Shown here: piece by piece, positions 47,861 through 58,139 of the stretch | How positions within the stretch are numbered: the first letter of the stretch is position 1 | Layout of the letters: each line of letters begins with the position of its first letter | Assembly (NCBI GenBank): GCA_944390315.1 | Contig: CALXPO010000022.1 | Location: 1,093-65,092, forward strand | DNA: 64,000 nt | Direction: 5' to 3' | Origin: an uncultured Alphaproteobacteria bacterium | GTDB lineage: Bacteria > Pseudomonadota > Alphaproteobacteria > RF32 > CAG-239 | Program-made: the position numbers and the translations under genes | The notes under the pieces: generated by a model | Told to the model about the DNA's origin: nothing | Seen by the model: only the letters and a program-made list of their open reading frames with translations | Databases searched by the model: none

Positions 47861-48757
47861 ATGTGGGTATTATTTGCGCTTTTGACAAGTTTGTTGGATG
47901 CCAGCTATTATCTGTGTAATCAAACGGTAAAATTGTCGCCGCAACTATTTATTTTGTTGCGAGGTTATATTCCAGCCTTGTTGGTTTTCCCGTTTTTGCC
48001 GTTTTTTCAGGCTCCCGAAAAACCTATATTTTATCTTGTCTGCGTCGGGCAAGGCATATTTATCGCATATCATGATTTTGCAGGCTTTAAGGCTATTCGC
48101 CGATTCGGAGCGGAAATCGTATCTTCGATATTGCCGCTTAGCACCGGAATGTTGTTTGTCTTTTGGTTGGTGGCAGAGCCGTCAATGTCTGTTCAGTATT
48201 GGATGAATAAAACACAATTCCTTTTAATAACGGCGTCGGTTACAGGAATCATTTATTCAGTATACAAATACAATCATCAACCGGAGAGTTCCGCGGCATT
48301 AAAATACATGTGGTTGATGCTTTTTGCCGCGATGTCAATTAATGTGTTAAATAAGGTTGCAACGGCAAATGGAGATTCTTCTCCGATGTCCATCGGTATT
48401 TATTATGCTTTTGTATCGAGTCTTTCGGTCGGAATTCTGAATACAATTATATATTTGAAGTCTTCTGAGCGAAAAAGGGTTTATGATTTATCAATGTTAC
48501 GCAGTCCCAAAGTCTGGGGAATATATGTTTTGCTCTTGTTAAGTATGATTTCTAAAAATATGGCAATGAATTACAGTCCCAATCCGACTTATGTTGCGGC
48601 ATTGATTTATCTTTCGATTCTATGGATTGTTATAGGCAATCACTTGCTGAACAAATTAAAACTAGCTCCGGTTTATCCGCATACCAAATGGCGCTATGTT
48701 CTTTTGTTGGTGATTTCAAGCATTGTTCTGATATTAGTTACGAGTACAAATAGCTAA
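47861..48757 (+). CDS. EamA/DMT-like membrane protein
   Basis: About 10 TM helices in 298 aa; NPTYV motif near the C-terminus. Confidence 0.6.
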   Translation: MWVLFALLTSLLDASYYLCNQTVKLSPQLFILLRGYIPALLVFPFLPFFQAPEKPIFYLVCVGQGIFIAYHDFAGFKAIRRFGAEIVSSILPLSTGMLFVFWLVAEPSMSVQYWMNKTQFLLITASVTGIIYSVYKYNHQPESSAALKYMWLMLFAAMSINVLNKVATANGDSSPMSIGIYYAFVSSLSVGILNTIIYLKSSERKRVYDLSMLRSPKVWGIYVLLLLSMISKNMAMNYSPNPTYVAALIYLSILWIVIGNHLLNKLKLAPVYPHTKWRYVLLLVISSIVLILVTSTNS

Positions 48758-48966
48758 ATTGATTGAAATTACGAATTAAATAAATTTTTTTGCAATTTGA
48801 GGTTTTGTTCATTGCGGTATTCTTGATTTGAGAGTTTTTTGGCTGTGTTTGGAAAAATATATTTGCAGGAGTTGGTACTTTTATGAAATCTTTAATATTT
48901 ATTTTATGTGATTGGATATTTGAAGCAAAAAAAAACATCTTCCGTTTGCGAAAGATGCTTTGTTAT

Positions 48967-49042
48967 TGGTGAGCTCGACGGGATTCGAACCCATGACCCT
49001 TTGATTAAAAGTCAAATGCTCTACCGACTGAGCTACGAGCCC
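48967..49042 (-). tRNA. tRNA-Lys(TTT)
   Basis: Reverse complement GGGCTCGTAGCTCAGTCGGTAGAGCATTTGACTTTTAATCAAAGGGTCATGGGTTCGAATCCCGTCGAGCTCACCA, 76 nt. Confidence 0.97.
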
Positions 49043-49203
49043 GCTCACTTAACGAGCAAATGTATAATGGATAAAAAATCCTAAGTCAATAAAAAAATCT
49101 AAAAAAGTTAAAAAATATAAAAAATAGTTTATTTGTTAAGAATTGTATGTTATCATCACCAACATATTTGAGAGTAAAACATCGTTATTTAAGGATTAAA
49201 CAG

Positions 49204-49518
49204 ATGTCAGACATAAAAAATTCACAGCAATCCGGACGTTATGATATGCTGCAGAATGCTGCCGGAGAAATTCTCATCATCATTGAGTATAGAGATGGTG
49301 GACCGGAAAACCCCCGTTTGGTCTATGACGGCGGCGATCAGGCTTTGTTGTATCGTAGTCGTGAAAGTGCTTTTATGCTTAACTCTATTGCACAGGAAGC
49401 ACGTATGCCGCTTAAGTCAGTTAATGAAGTGCTGATGGTTGAAATTGAAAATGATGATGTCGCTCGCGAGTATAAAGTTCCTGTTCGTATTGTTAGAAAT
49501 TTGCAAGCGTTGGCATAA
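49204..49518 (+). CDS. hypothetical protein
   Basis: ATG after aagga; globular composition; followed by a terminator. Confidence 0.65.
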   Translation: MSDIKNSQQSGRYDMLQNAAGEILIIIEYRDGGPENPRLVYDGGDQALLYRSRESAFMLNSIAQEARMPLKSVNEVLMVEIENDDVAREYKVPVRIVRNLQALA

Positions 49519-49530
49519 ACATAACAACTT

Positions 49531-49568
49531 AACAACAAATAAGGGCCCAAAGAGCCCTTATTGTTGTT
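49531..49568 (+). terminator. intrinsic terminator-like hairpin
   Basis: aacaacaaataagggc-ccaaaga-gcccttattgttgtt. Confidence 0.6.
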
Positions 49569-49592
49569 ATTAAAGTTGCAACGGAAAATAAA

Positions 49593-51248
49593 ATGTTGGT
49601 TAAGGTACTTTTTTTGCTTCTGAGTGCCGGAATAATCTCAGAATTTGTTCCCAAAAATCGATTGCCGATTCTATGGTCGCTGATTGCTTCTGCCGCAGTT
49701 GCCTTTTTTATCTATATGTTAACTCAATTGGGACCAACACCTGATTTAAAAATTGATTATCCTTGGTTAGAAATTCCTAATTTGGCGGTAAATCTGGATA
49801 TTATACTCAATTCTCATAATATTCATTTGGTGTTTGCGTTGTCAGTTTTGGCTTTTCTTGTGCTTTTGCAAAGTGCTTTTGGCGAAGAAAAAGAAAAAAA
49901 TACCTTTAACGGATTGGTTCTGCTAAATTTGTTTTCGGCATTGATGCTTGTCTTTGCTGATAATTATATACAAATGCTGGTAGCCGTCGGTGTTTGCGAT
50001 GTATTGGTTTTTAGCGTAATCAATAACATTGAAGCCAAAAAAACATATATTTATGCAAATTTTCTGGCCGATATCGGCTTGTTGAGTATATTTGCCGTTA
50101 TCCTCGGACAAGGGGGCGGGCTGGATTTAAAAAATTTGGCGGATTATGCCAAATTCGGCCACCACAAAGATTTTGTGGCTATCATATTGTTGGTATGTAT
50201 TTTTATCAAAACAGGTCTATTCCCATTTCATGGTACGTATGTCAAAATGCGTCAAATCGGTTTTAACCGCCTGAACTATGTCTTATACGCAGCAACGCCG
50301 TTGACCGGTTATTTGTTGTTGTTAAAAACAGAGCCTTTGTTGCAAATTTCCCATTACTCCTACCCCTTGTTGCAAATTATGGCCTTATTGTCTTTAGTAT
50401 GGGGGTGTGTGGGAGCCGTAACAATTGATAATTTAAAACAGAAAAATGTATATTTTGCATTAATGTTTTGGGGATTTGCTTATGGCTTTACGGCTTTTGG
50501 TACCAGATTGGAAGATTTCTATTTTGCTTCAGTCTTAACAATGTCTTTTTTGTTTGGACAGATTTTGCTGTTGGCTTACAAAATCTGTTCCAATGAAATA
50601 TATGTTTCTGAAACGGGAGGATTTTTACCTAGAGTCAAATTTACGTTTTTACTTATCATTTTGGTGATAAGTTCATTTTATGCCGTTCTGATGGTTCCGG
50701 TGCAACAAAATCTCTGGTTGAGCATTGTATACGGAATTATCTTTTCCATAGTTTCGGCCCATGTGCTTTCTCAAATATTACTTGGCCCAAGTAAAGCAGA
50801 CGACAGAGTTCAGGCTATGGCTAAAAATCCATCGATTTTGCTTTGGCTGCCGATGGCAATAATCGCATTTGCCGTATTATGGCATTTTAAGCCCTCAATC
50901 ACCTCGCTTTTACTATGCGTATTTACGTGGATACTGTTATTTGTATATAGGCCGCTCAAGCGCTTTGATTATTTGTATGAAAAAGATAATATTCAAAAAG
51001 CGGATTATATATCTGAAGTGTACAATTTATTGATTGTTACGCCGATTACGGTGTTTGGGCGTTTGTTGTGGGTAACGGTAGAATTCGTTTTCTTTGAGCG
51101 AACCATCATCAGCTCAATACAAAAATGTCTAGATTTTATGGTCTTTTTGTTTCGCCGTATCCATTCCGGTACTTTTTTGGGAGCTGTCGCTTTTACGACA
51201 GTAGGAATTTTGGTTATGTTTGTGGCTTGGTGGTATGGGAATAGATAA
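49593..51248 (+). CDS. nuoL: divergent NuoL-like antiporter-type subunit
   Basis: Polytopic; NFLADIG, IKTGLFPFH; C-terminal transverse-helix region ending in IHSG plus a final TM. Confidence 0.72.
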   Translation: MLVKVLFLLLSAGIISEFVPKNRLPILWSLIASAAVAFFIYMLTQLGPTPDLKIDYPWLEIPNLAVNLDIILNSHNIHLVFALSVLAFLVLLQSAFGEEKEKNTFNGLVLLNLFSALMLVFADNYIQMLVAVGVCDVLVFSVINNIEAKKTYIYANFLADIGLLSIFAVILGQGGGLDLKNLADYAKFGHHKDFVAIILLVCIFIKTGLFPFHGTYVKMRQIGFNRLNYVLYAATPLTGYLLLLKTEPLLQISHYSYPLLQIMALLSLVWGCVGAVTIDNLKQKNVYFALMFWGFAYGFTAFGTRLEDFYFASVLTMSFLFGQILLLAYKICSNEIYVSETGGFLPRVKFTFLLIILVISSFYAVLMVPVQQNLWLSIVYGIIFSIVSAHVLSQILLGPSKADDRVQAMAKNPSILLWLPMAIIAFAVLWHFKPSITSLLLCVFTWILLFVYRPLKRFDYLYEKDNIQKADYISEVYNLLIVTPITVFGRLLWVTVEFVFFERTIISSIQKCLDFMVFLFRRIHSGTFLGAVAFTTVGILVMFVAWWYGNR

Positions 51249-52688
51249 ATGGAAAATTTAAAAAATCTTGTTAATATAATTATCATAATCCCTTTACTCG
51301 GAGTTTTCTTTACGTCACTTTCACGTGAAGACAACAAAAGCCGTCTCAGTAATGCTTTTTGTGTCGGGGTTTTTACCATTTTATCAAATCTGATTGTTTT
51401 GTGGCGTGCAGCTTTGCAGATTAATATAGGTAAAGACAGTTGGCAGGTTGTAGAAAAATTTAACTGGATGGAAAATCCCAAAATCGAATTGGTATTTGGA
51501 ATTGATGTGTTTTCACTCATGCTGATAGCCGCAGTACATATTGCGGTATTGCTCGGCATGATAGGTATTCGTCGCAACACATATAGGCAAAAGGCGTTAA
51601 TTGTTTTTGCCTTGATGTTTTTAAGTCTGATAAGCGGCTACTTTTTGGCTTCGGACTTTTTTTCTTTCTATATCTTTTTTGAAGCCTTACTGCTGCCGTT
51701 GTTTATGATGATAGGTATTTTTGGAGACATAAAAAAGCAGCAAATTTTATATCGTTTCTTCTTGTACAATCTTTTGGGAGCCGTTTTTCTCTTTGTGGCG
51801 TTGATGGCTCTATATAATCATCAAAACGTAAGCATTCGGGAAGTCAGTCAAATTGTTTTGTCAGGACATGGCGAAGTACTGGTTTGGGGATCTATTTTTA
51901 TTGCCTTTTTATCAAGAATACCGATTTGGCCGTTTCACTACTGGATATCTTCGGTCAGCGTCAATATCTCAAATCCACTGGTTTTTATGGTAGCTAATAT
52001 TATTCCGTTGACAGGAGTTTACGGTCTGATACGCTTTTTCCCGGTTAATGCACCGGAAGTATTACGCCCCTATTTGTTGATTCTGGAAATTATAAGTATT
52101 GTGACAATGCTGCTGATATCATTGATAGGTATCACCAAAAAAGATATTCAGTATAAGATATTTGCATATATGACGGTGTACTATATTATGTATTTGCTGG
52201 GTGCGTTGCTGCCGACAGATGCTTTATTGATGAATATAGGTTTTTCTCTGTTTTCTTATTTGATTATTGTTGCTGCGTTGGAAGTCATGGTTGCGCATAT
52301 AGATAATCAGAGACAAAGCGGAGAAATTAGCGATTGCGGCATTTTGTGCAGTATTCGCCGCAGTTCCGTCGTATTTTCATTTCTGATTTTGGCGGCAATA
52401 GGAATGCCGTTATCTTCCATGTTTTTGAATAATATGGTCATTTTGTCCGGATTGATGAAGTTTAATATAAAAATGGCGGTGTGCATATTGTTGGCAATGG
52501 TTCTTAGCGCCATAGGTTTGCTGCAACATCTTTTTTATTTGAAATATCCTCCCGAAAAAGATGAAATGAGTTTGAATTTTAAAGAAAACGAAATTGAAGA
52601 TATATCCATGAGGGTTTTTGGTGTCATGATTATGACGGCGGCACTTTTGGTTTTATCATTTATAAATCCGTTATGGTTTATTGGCTAG
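51249..52688 (+). CDS. nuoM: divergent NuoM-like subunit
   Basis: WM..I.L.FGID.FS, FYIFFEALLLPLF..IGIFG, FFLYNLLG, PIWPFHYW, IGMP. Confidence 0.82.
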   Translation: MENLKNLVNIIIIIPLLGVFFTSLSREDNKSRLSNAFCVGVFTILSNLIVLWRAALQINIGKDSWQVVEKFNWMENPKIELVFGIDVFSLMLIAAVHIAVLLGMIGIRRNTYRQKALIVFALMFLSLISGYFLASDFFSFYIFFEALLLPLFMMIGIFGDIKKQQILYRFFLYNLLGAVFLFVALMALYNHQNVSIREVSQIVLSGHGEVLVWGSIFIAFLSRIPIWPFHYWISSVSVNISNPLVFMVANIIPLTGVYGLIRFFPVNAPEVLRPYLLILEIISIVTMLLISLIGITKKDIQYKIFAYMTVYYIMYLLGALLPTDALLMNIGFSLFSYLIIVAALEVMVAHIDNQRQSGEISDCGILCSIRRSSVVFSFLILAAIGMPLSSMFLNNMVILSGLMKFNIKMAVCILLAMVLSAIGLLQHLFYLKYPPEKDEMSLNFKENEIEDISMRVFGVMIMTAALLVLSFINPLWFIG

Positions 52689-52697
52689 GAGATAAAA

Positions 52698-54116
52698 ATG
52701 ATTGTCAAATATATTGCTCTATTACCGGAAATAATTTTAATTTTGGGTATTGGGCTGCTGGCGATGGTGCGTATTTTTCGCTCTGCTAATACCCAAAAAA
52801 CGTTTTATACCATTAGTAAATGGACCTTAATCTTAACCATAGCGGCAACAGTGATTTTTTATAATCGCAATGTTGGAGAGTTTTGGCAAAACAATAATTA
52901 CACAACCTTATTTAAAATATGCATATACCTGCTCTCCATAGGTTGGGGTGTCTTATCGCTCAAAAGATTTCAAAATAAAGAGTATATCAGCTTTTGGTAT
53001 TATTTTTTAATATTGATAAATTTATTGTGTTTTGCCATAGCTTTGTCATACAGTTCCTTATTGTTGTTAGCAATGATGTTAACATTTTGCCAAATTTTTA
53101 ATTTCTTCTTACTTAGGCTGGATGTAGAAGAAGACGAGATGAGCTGCAGTTGGAAATATCTGTTGCTTTCAATGTCTTTTTGCCTGCTATTATGGGTAGG
53201 GGTATTTATTTTATGGCATTTGACGGGTAGTTTTGATTATATGGCTATCAAAAATTATTTGTCTAATCCCGAGCATCTGAATAAACAGATAAGTTTGGCT
53301 TTTGTCTTGATAACAATATTCTTTTTGTTTGCACTTGGGGTGGCTCCGTTTCACTTTTGGTATGCCAATGTGGTTTCTTGTGTTATTTTGCCGGTTGCCG
53401 GATATTTAACTTTTATTCCGACTTTGGTCTATTTCTCAATATTTGTGAATCTGATGAATAATGTTTTGGCACCGCTCTACGGAACATATGAAAATGCCAT
53501 TTTATTTTTTGGTGTGTTATCGGTATTTATGGGAGCAATCGGTGCCAACAGCGAAGATAATTTGCGCAAAATTTTTGCCTATGCCGGTCTGTATTATATA
53601 GGTGTGGTCATTATAGCCGCGGCCGACATGCAGGATCAGAGTTTACAAGGGGCTTTTATTTATCTTTTTGTGTATATCTTAGCATTTTTCGGGGTTTATA
53701 CGGTTTTTGCCGGCTGCCGCAGTAAGGGGGATTATTTGCATAATTTGGATGAGGTGCGAGGGCTTTCCACTCAAAGACCGCTTTTGTCGGCAACTTTGCT
53801 AGTGTTGATGATTTCACTCATCGGTACGCCGCCTTTGGTCGGTTTTTTGGGAAAACTTTCGGTAATTAATGCGTTGGTTGTGAGCAATCACTATGGATTG
53901 ATGGCGGTAGTTGCATTCTCGGTGCTGATTTTGGCTTGTGTTTATTTGAGGGTTATTACCGCGGTTTATTTTGAGCCGAGAAACATCAATTTTGATCGTG
54001 TCGATAAAGAGGTATATATTTGTATTGCAATAAATGTTATTTTAATTGTAATGACTGTTCTTAATCCGAAATATTTGATGCATGATGTTGAAATGATGTT
54101 AAACGTCAACTTGTGA
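52698..54116 (+). CDS. nuoN: divergent NuoN-like subunit
   Basis: LLPEIIL, KYLLL, APFHFW, SLIGTPPLVGFLGKL, YLRVI; followed by birA. Confidence 0.82.
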   Translation: MIVKYIALLPEIILILGIGLLAMVRIFRSANTQKTFYTISKWTLILTIAATVIFYNRNVGEFWQNNNYTTLFKICIYLLSIGWGVLSLKRFQNKEYISFWYYFLILINLLCFAIALSYSSLLLLAMMLTFCQIFNFFLLRLDVEEDEMSCSWKYLLLSMSFCLLLWVGVFILWHLTGSFDYMAIKNYLSNPEHLNKQISLAFVLITIFFLFALGVAPFHFWYANVVSCVILPVAGYLTFIPTLVYFSIFVNLMNNVLAPLYGTYENAILFFGVLSVFMGAIGANSEDNLRKIFAYAGLYYIGVVIIAAADMQDQSLQGAFIYLFVYILAFFGVYTVFAGCRSKGDYLHNLDEVRGLSTQRPLLSATLLVLMISLIGTPPLVGFLGKLSVINALVVSNHYGLMAVVAFSVLILACVYLRVITAVYFEPRNINFDRVDKEVYICIAINVILIVMTVLNPKYLMHDVEMMLNVNL

Positions 54117-54125
54117 GAAAAAACA

Positions 54126-54845
54126 ATGTGGCAATATTATGATTATGACGAATTGGGCAGCACCAACGACAAAGCAATTGAGCTGACGACCAAAGCAACG
54201 GGTGAAAAAATAGCGGTTACGGCAGAAATGCAAACCGGCGGCAGAGGTCGACGCGGTCGTCGTTGGGTCGGGGCAAAGGGAAATTTGTTTTTATCTTTGG
54301 CTCTGCCGTTTGAACTCAAAAATTGCGGGGCATTGGTTTTGATTTCGGGGCTGGCGTTGCTTGAGTTGATAAAAGAAGTCGCGCCTCAAAGCGATGTTGT
54401 ACTTAAATGGCCGAACGATGTCTTGCTTGACGACGGAAAAATTTCGGGAATATTGCTTGAAAAAGGGGAAGCTGGGTATATGATAGTAGGTATCGGGATA
54501 AATGTAAAAATTGCACCGATAACCGATGCCGTCTACAAAGTGAATTCTTTGGCAAATGCCGGTTTGCTTTTTGACAGACAGGAAATAAAAGATATGTATT
54601 TGCGGCATTTTGATGAGTTATTAGATTATTGGCAACAACAGGGAATGCCCGCATTAGTTAAACGCTGGCTTCAATATGCCAAAGGAATAGGTTCGCCGAT
54701 AGAGGTAAAAATGCCGAATACAACCAAAGATGGAATTTTTGCCGGTTTAAACGAAGACGGTTTGTTGATTTTGCAAACCGAACAAGGGCAAGAAGTTATC
54801 AGTGCCGGAGATATATTCTTTAAAGAAGAAGGTATAAAAAGATGA
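54126..54845 (+). CDS. birA: biotin--protein ligase
   Basis: STN, QTGGRGRRGRRW, KWPNDV, KISGIL, GIGIN. Confidence 0.95.
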   Translation: MWQYYDYDELGSTNDKAIELTTKATGEKIAVTAEMQTGGRGRRGRRWVGAKGNLFLSLALPFELKNCGALVLISGLALLELIKEVAPQSDVVLKWPNDVLLDDGKISGILLEKGEAGYMIVGIGINVKIAPITDAVYKVNSLANAGLLFDRQEIKDMYLRHFDELLDYWQQQGMPALVKRWLQYAKGIGSPIEVKMPNTTKDGIFAGLNEDGLLILQTEQGQEVISAGDIFFKEEGIKR

Positions 54846-56587
54846 TTGGTAAGTTTGAAAAAGACGGTTTGTATTTTATAGCCTTGGGCGGTGCCGATGA
54901 AATCGGTATGAATATGTATGTTTATGCTTATAACGGAAAATTTATAATGGTTGATGCCGGCTATGGTTTTTTGAATGATAATTTTCCGGGGATGGATGTT
55001 TGTTTTGCCGATGCAAGTTTTTTTGCAAATTATGCCGAAGATTTTGAAGGGATTTTTATTACTCACGCTCACGAAGATCACTTTGGCGCCATTGCTCATG
55101 TATGGCCGTTGATAAAATGTCCGGTTTATGCCAGTGCGTTTGCCTTGGGGTTGATAAAAAATCGGTTGCGGGAATATAAACTGGAAAATGAAGTTGAGCT
55201 TAATCCGATTGTCGGCAAGCAGACAATAAATCTGCAAAATTTCACGGTTGAATTTGTGCCGGTTGTCCACTCCGTACCCGAGACCGCGGCCCTGGTGATT
55301 AGAGCGGGAGACAAAACCGTTGTTCATGCAACCGATTGGCGTTTTGATGACAGTGCAATCGAAACTCTGCAAACCGACTATGATGAACTGCATTCGGTCG
55401 GCGGTCACGGTGTCGATATGTTTGTTTGCGATTCGACAAACATTGAGGTCAACAATATTTTGCCAAGTGAAAAAGAGGTCAGAGAATGTTTGATGAGGCT
55501 TATTCCTAAGCTGAAAAAAACAGTTGTGGCAACATGTTTTGCCTCTAATTTGACGAGGTTGGAAAGTTTGGTGTTGGCGGCGGAAACGGCAGGACGTACC
55601 CCGATTTTGGTTGGTCGCAGTTTGCTCTATAATGTCAAAGTTGCCAAAGAAATCGGCTATTTTAAGGATATGCCCAAATGCTATGATATCAAAGACGCGG
55701 TAGATGTGCCTTCTGATAATGCTTTGTATATATGTACGGGTTCACAGGCAAATTATCGCTCGGCCTTAACTTCTATTGTGAATAATCAAAACAAGTATGT
55801 CAAATTGGGCAAAGGCGATACGGTTATCTTTTCTTCGAAAATTATTCCCGGCAATGAAGAAAAAATCAGCGACATGCAAGAAAAACTGATTGCTCAGGGT
55901 GTCAATGTAATTACCGATAAAGATGATTTGGTGCATACCTCAGGGCATTGCAGTAAAGAAGAAATTCACAAGATGTATGAGCTGCTTAAGCCGCGTTTGG
56001 TTGTTCCCGTCCACGGTGATAAAAGATTTATCCGCGAGCACAAAAAATTTGCCGCCGAATGCGGTATTGATAAAGTTTTGAGTATGCAAAACGGGGACGC
56101 AGTGATGCTCAAGGGCGACGATGCTCTTATAGTCGGTGATGTGCCGACCGATATTTTGGCAGTCGATCGCAAAGAAATTGTGTCGCTTAACTCTGAAGTG
56201 GTTAAACGCCGCAAACAAATAGCTTACAACGGCAGTGTGTTTATCAGCGTTATTTTTGGCGAAAAATGGGAACTGATAGCTTTAAGAATTTCTTCAAAGG
56301 ATATTTGGGAGCCGGAAGCGTTTGCGACGCTGAGAGATAAAATTGTCGAAGAAGTTTCTGAGGCTTTGCCTGAAGTTGCCGCCGGATTGCATTACAAAGA
56401 AACGGCAATTTTGGATTATATCAGGGTGCAGGTTCGCCGCAAAATCGAAAGAGCAACCGATATGAAACCGGTAACTTTTATCCATTTTTATAAGTTACCG
56501 TTGGAAGAAGAAAAATTGGAGCAGGAAGAAGATGTCGATGCCGGTCAGCCGATGATAATTTATCCGTCGCCCGAGGTCGAAAATTAA
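54842..56587 (+). CDS. rnj: ribonuclease J
   Basis: LGGADEIGMN, THAHEDH, CDSTN, TGSQ, HTSGH, PVHG. Confidence 0.95.
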   Translation: MIGKFEKDGLYFIALGGADEIGMNMYVYAYNGKFIMVDAGYGFLNDNFPGMDVCFADASFFANYAEDFEGIFITHAHEDHFGAIAHVWPLIKCPVYASAFALGLIKNRLREYKLENEVELNPIVGKQTINLQNFTVEFVPVVHSVPETAALVIRAGDKTVVHATDWRFDDSAIETLQTDYDELHSVGGHGVDMFVCDSTNIEVNNILPSEKEVRECLMRLIPKLKKTVVATCFASNLTRLESLVLAAETAGRTPILVGRSLLYNVKVAKEIGYFKDMPKCYDIKDAVDVPSDNALYICTGSQANYRSALTSIVNNQNKYVKLGKGDTVIFSSKIIPGNEEKISDMQEKLIAQGVNVITDKDDLVHTSGHCSKEEIHKMYELLKPRLVVPVHGDKRFIREHKKFAAECGIDKVLSMQNGDAVMLKGDDALIVGDVPTDILAVDRKEIVSLNSEVVKRRKQIAYNGSVFISVIFGEKWELIALRISSKDIWEPEAFATLRDKIVEEVSEALPEVAAGLHYKETAILDYIRVQVRRKIERATDMKPVTFIHFYKLPLEEEKLEQEEDVDAGQPMIIYPSPEVEN

Positions 56588-58038
56588 ACCGATTGCTTGT
56601 CTTGCTTTATCGGCAGGTAAATAGTAAAGGTGGTACCGTTTTTTTCGGTTGAGGTGACACGCATATTGCCTCGGTGACGAATAAGAATATGTTTGGCAAT
56701 GGCCAGCCCTAAGCCGGAACCTTTAATATTTTGATTTTTGTGGGTTTGCATTCGATAAAAACGTTCAGTTAATCTGGTAATTTGTTCGTCGGCAATTTTG
56801 TCGCCGAAATTATGTACGGATAAAGCCACGGCTTTTCCTTTGGCGACTTCATAAGTTTTTGACGGCGGAATCTTATCGACTTGTTCGGCTTTTAGGGTAA
56901 TATCCGTATTTTCATAGCCGTATTTAATGGCATTATCGCATAAATTTTGCAACAACTGACGGATTTGGGCATAATCCGCGGTAATTTCCGGCAACTGTTC
57001 ATCAATTTGAATATTAAAGTGCATATTGCGGTTTTGGGCTTTAAGCATCAAAGCGTTACAGACATCTTGGGCAATCGGCAGCAAACTGATTTTTTCTTCG
57101 GGCGGTAAATCTTGTGTCAGCTCTATTTTAGATAAAGACAGCAGATTTTCTATCAAAAGCGACATATAATTAGCCTGCTCACTCATAATTTTTAAGAACG
57201 TATCACGAGCAACGTCATCATCTTTGGCCGTTGTTTGCAGTGTTTCGATAAAACCGGAGATAACGGATAAAGGCGTGCGCAATTCGTGACTGGCGTTGGC
57301 CACAAAATCGGATTGCATTTTTTCGATTTTGTTGACTTTGGCAAAGTCGTAGAGGGAGATAACCGCGACAGCTCTTCCTTTAGAAATCCAAGGTAATTTC
57401 TTGATGTGAGCATAAAGTTTTCGACTGTCGTCTTTATTTTTGTCCTTATTGGGGTGGACATAGAAAATAAGATTTTCAGATTCACTCTCATTATGAAGAA
57501 CTTTGGCAACGGCATTGATAAAATTGTTGGAGGCAAAAATTTCTTCGACATTGCGGTCGGTAATATTTTGTCCGAGCAGATTGCGAGCGGAGGTATTGGC
57601 TCCGAGGATATTACCTTTTTTATCAATCATCAAAATCGGGTCGGGCAGAGTGTCAAGCACGGCAGTGTCAGAGATGGTTTGAGCCTCGAGCTTTTCGGCC
57701 TTTTCCGCCCAAAAGCGATGCATCTCGTTAACCGCATCAACAATTTGCTTGGTATCGGATTCGGTCACATTAAATTGTTCTTCGGTATAATTTTCTTTAG
57801 ACAGGCGAAAAATATATTTGCGAATTTGTTGCAGTTCAAAGGTTATCGGAAACAACCAGACGATATTAAAGAAAATGATTGAGGCATAAGCCATCACGGC
57901 AATACTTGCCGGTAAAAGTTTGAGGGCTACCAACATAATAAAAACCAAAGCGGCGGGAAGAGACAAAGCTAAAATGCGGCTGGCAAAATTGTTGTCTTTT
58001 TCTATTGCAAATATTTTGCTTTTACGCTTATCAAACAT
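56584..58038 (-). CDS. PhoR-like sensor histidine kinase
   Basis: 2 TM helices, PAS domain, DFVANASHELRTPL, NLCDNAIKY, ERFYR, GSGLGLAIAKH. Confidence 0.88.
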   Translation of the reverse strand: MFDKRKSKIFAIEKDNNFASRILALSLPAALVFIMLVALKLLPASIAVMAYASIIFFNIVWLFPITFELQQIRKYIFRLSKENYTEEQFNVTESDTKQIVDAVNEMHRFWAEKAEKLEAQTISDTAVLDTLPDPILMIDKKGNILGANTSARNLLGQNITDRNVEEIFASNNFINAVAKVLHNESESENLIFYVHPNKDKNKDDSRKLYAHIKKLPWISKGRAVAVISLYDFAKVNKIEKMQSDFVANASHELRTPLSVISGFIETLQTTAKDDDVARDTFLKIMSEQANYMSLLIENLLSLSKIELTQDLPPEEKISLLPIAQDVCNALMLKAQNRNMHFNIQIDEQLPEITADYAQIRQLLQNLCDNAIKYGYENTDITLKAEQVDKIPPSKTYEVAKGKAVALSVHNFGDKIADEQITRLTERFYRMQTHKNQNIKGSGLGLAIAKHILIRHRGNMRVTSTEKNGTTFTIYLPIKQDKQSV

Positions 58039-58139
58039 GGTGATAACCTCGGAAAAACATTAAAAATAAGTGGACGAGTTTTGTGAGTAATATATAATGC
58101 AATAAGTTTAAATTTATTAAAAATTTGAAAAAGAGAGCA

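Noticed and set aside
49593-54116. Mrp Na+/H+ antiporter operon
   Set aside because: No mrpB/C/E/F/G small subunits; the L-M-N order followed by birA-rnj matches the nuo operon tail.
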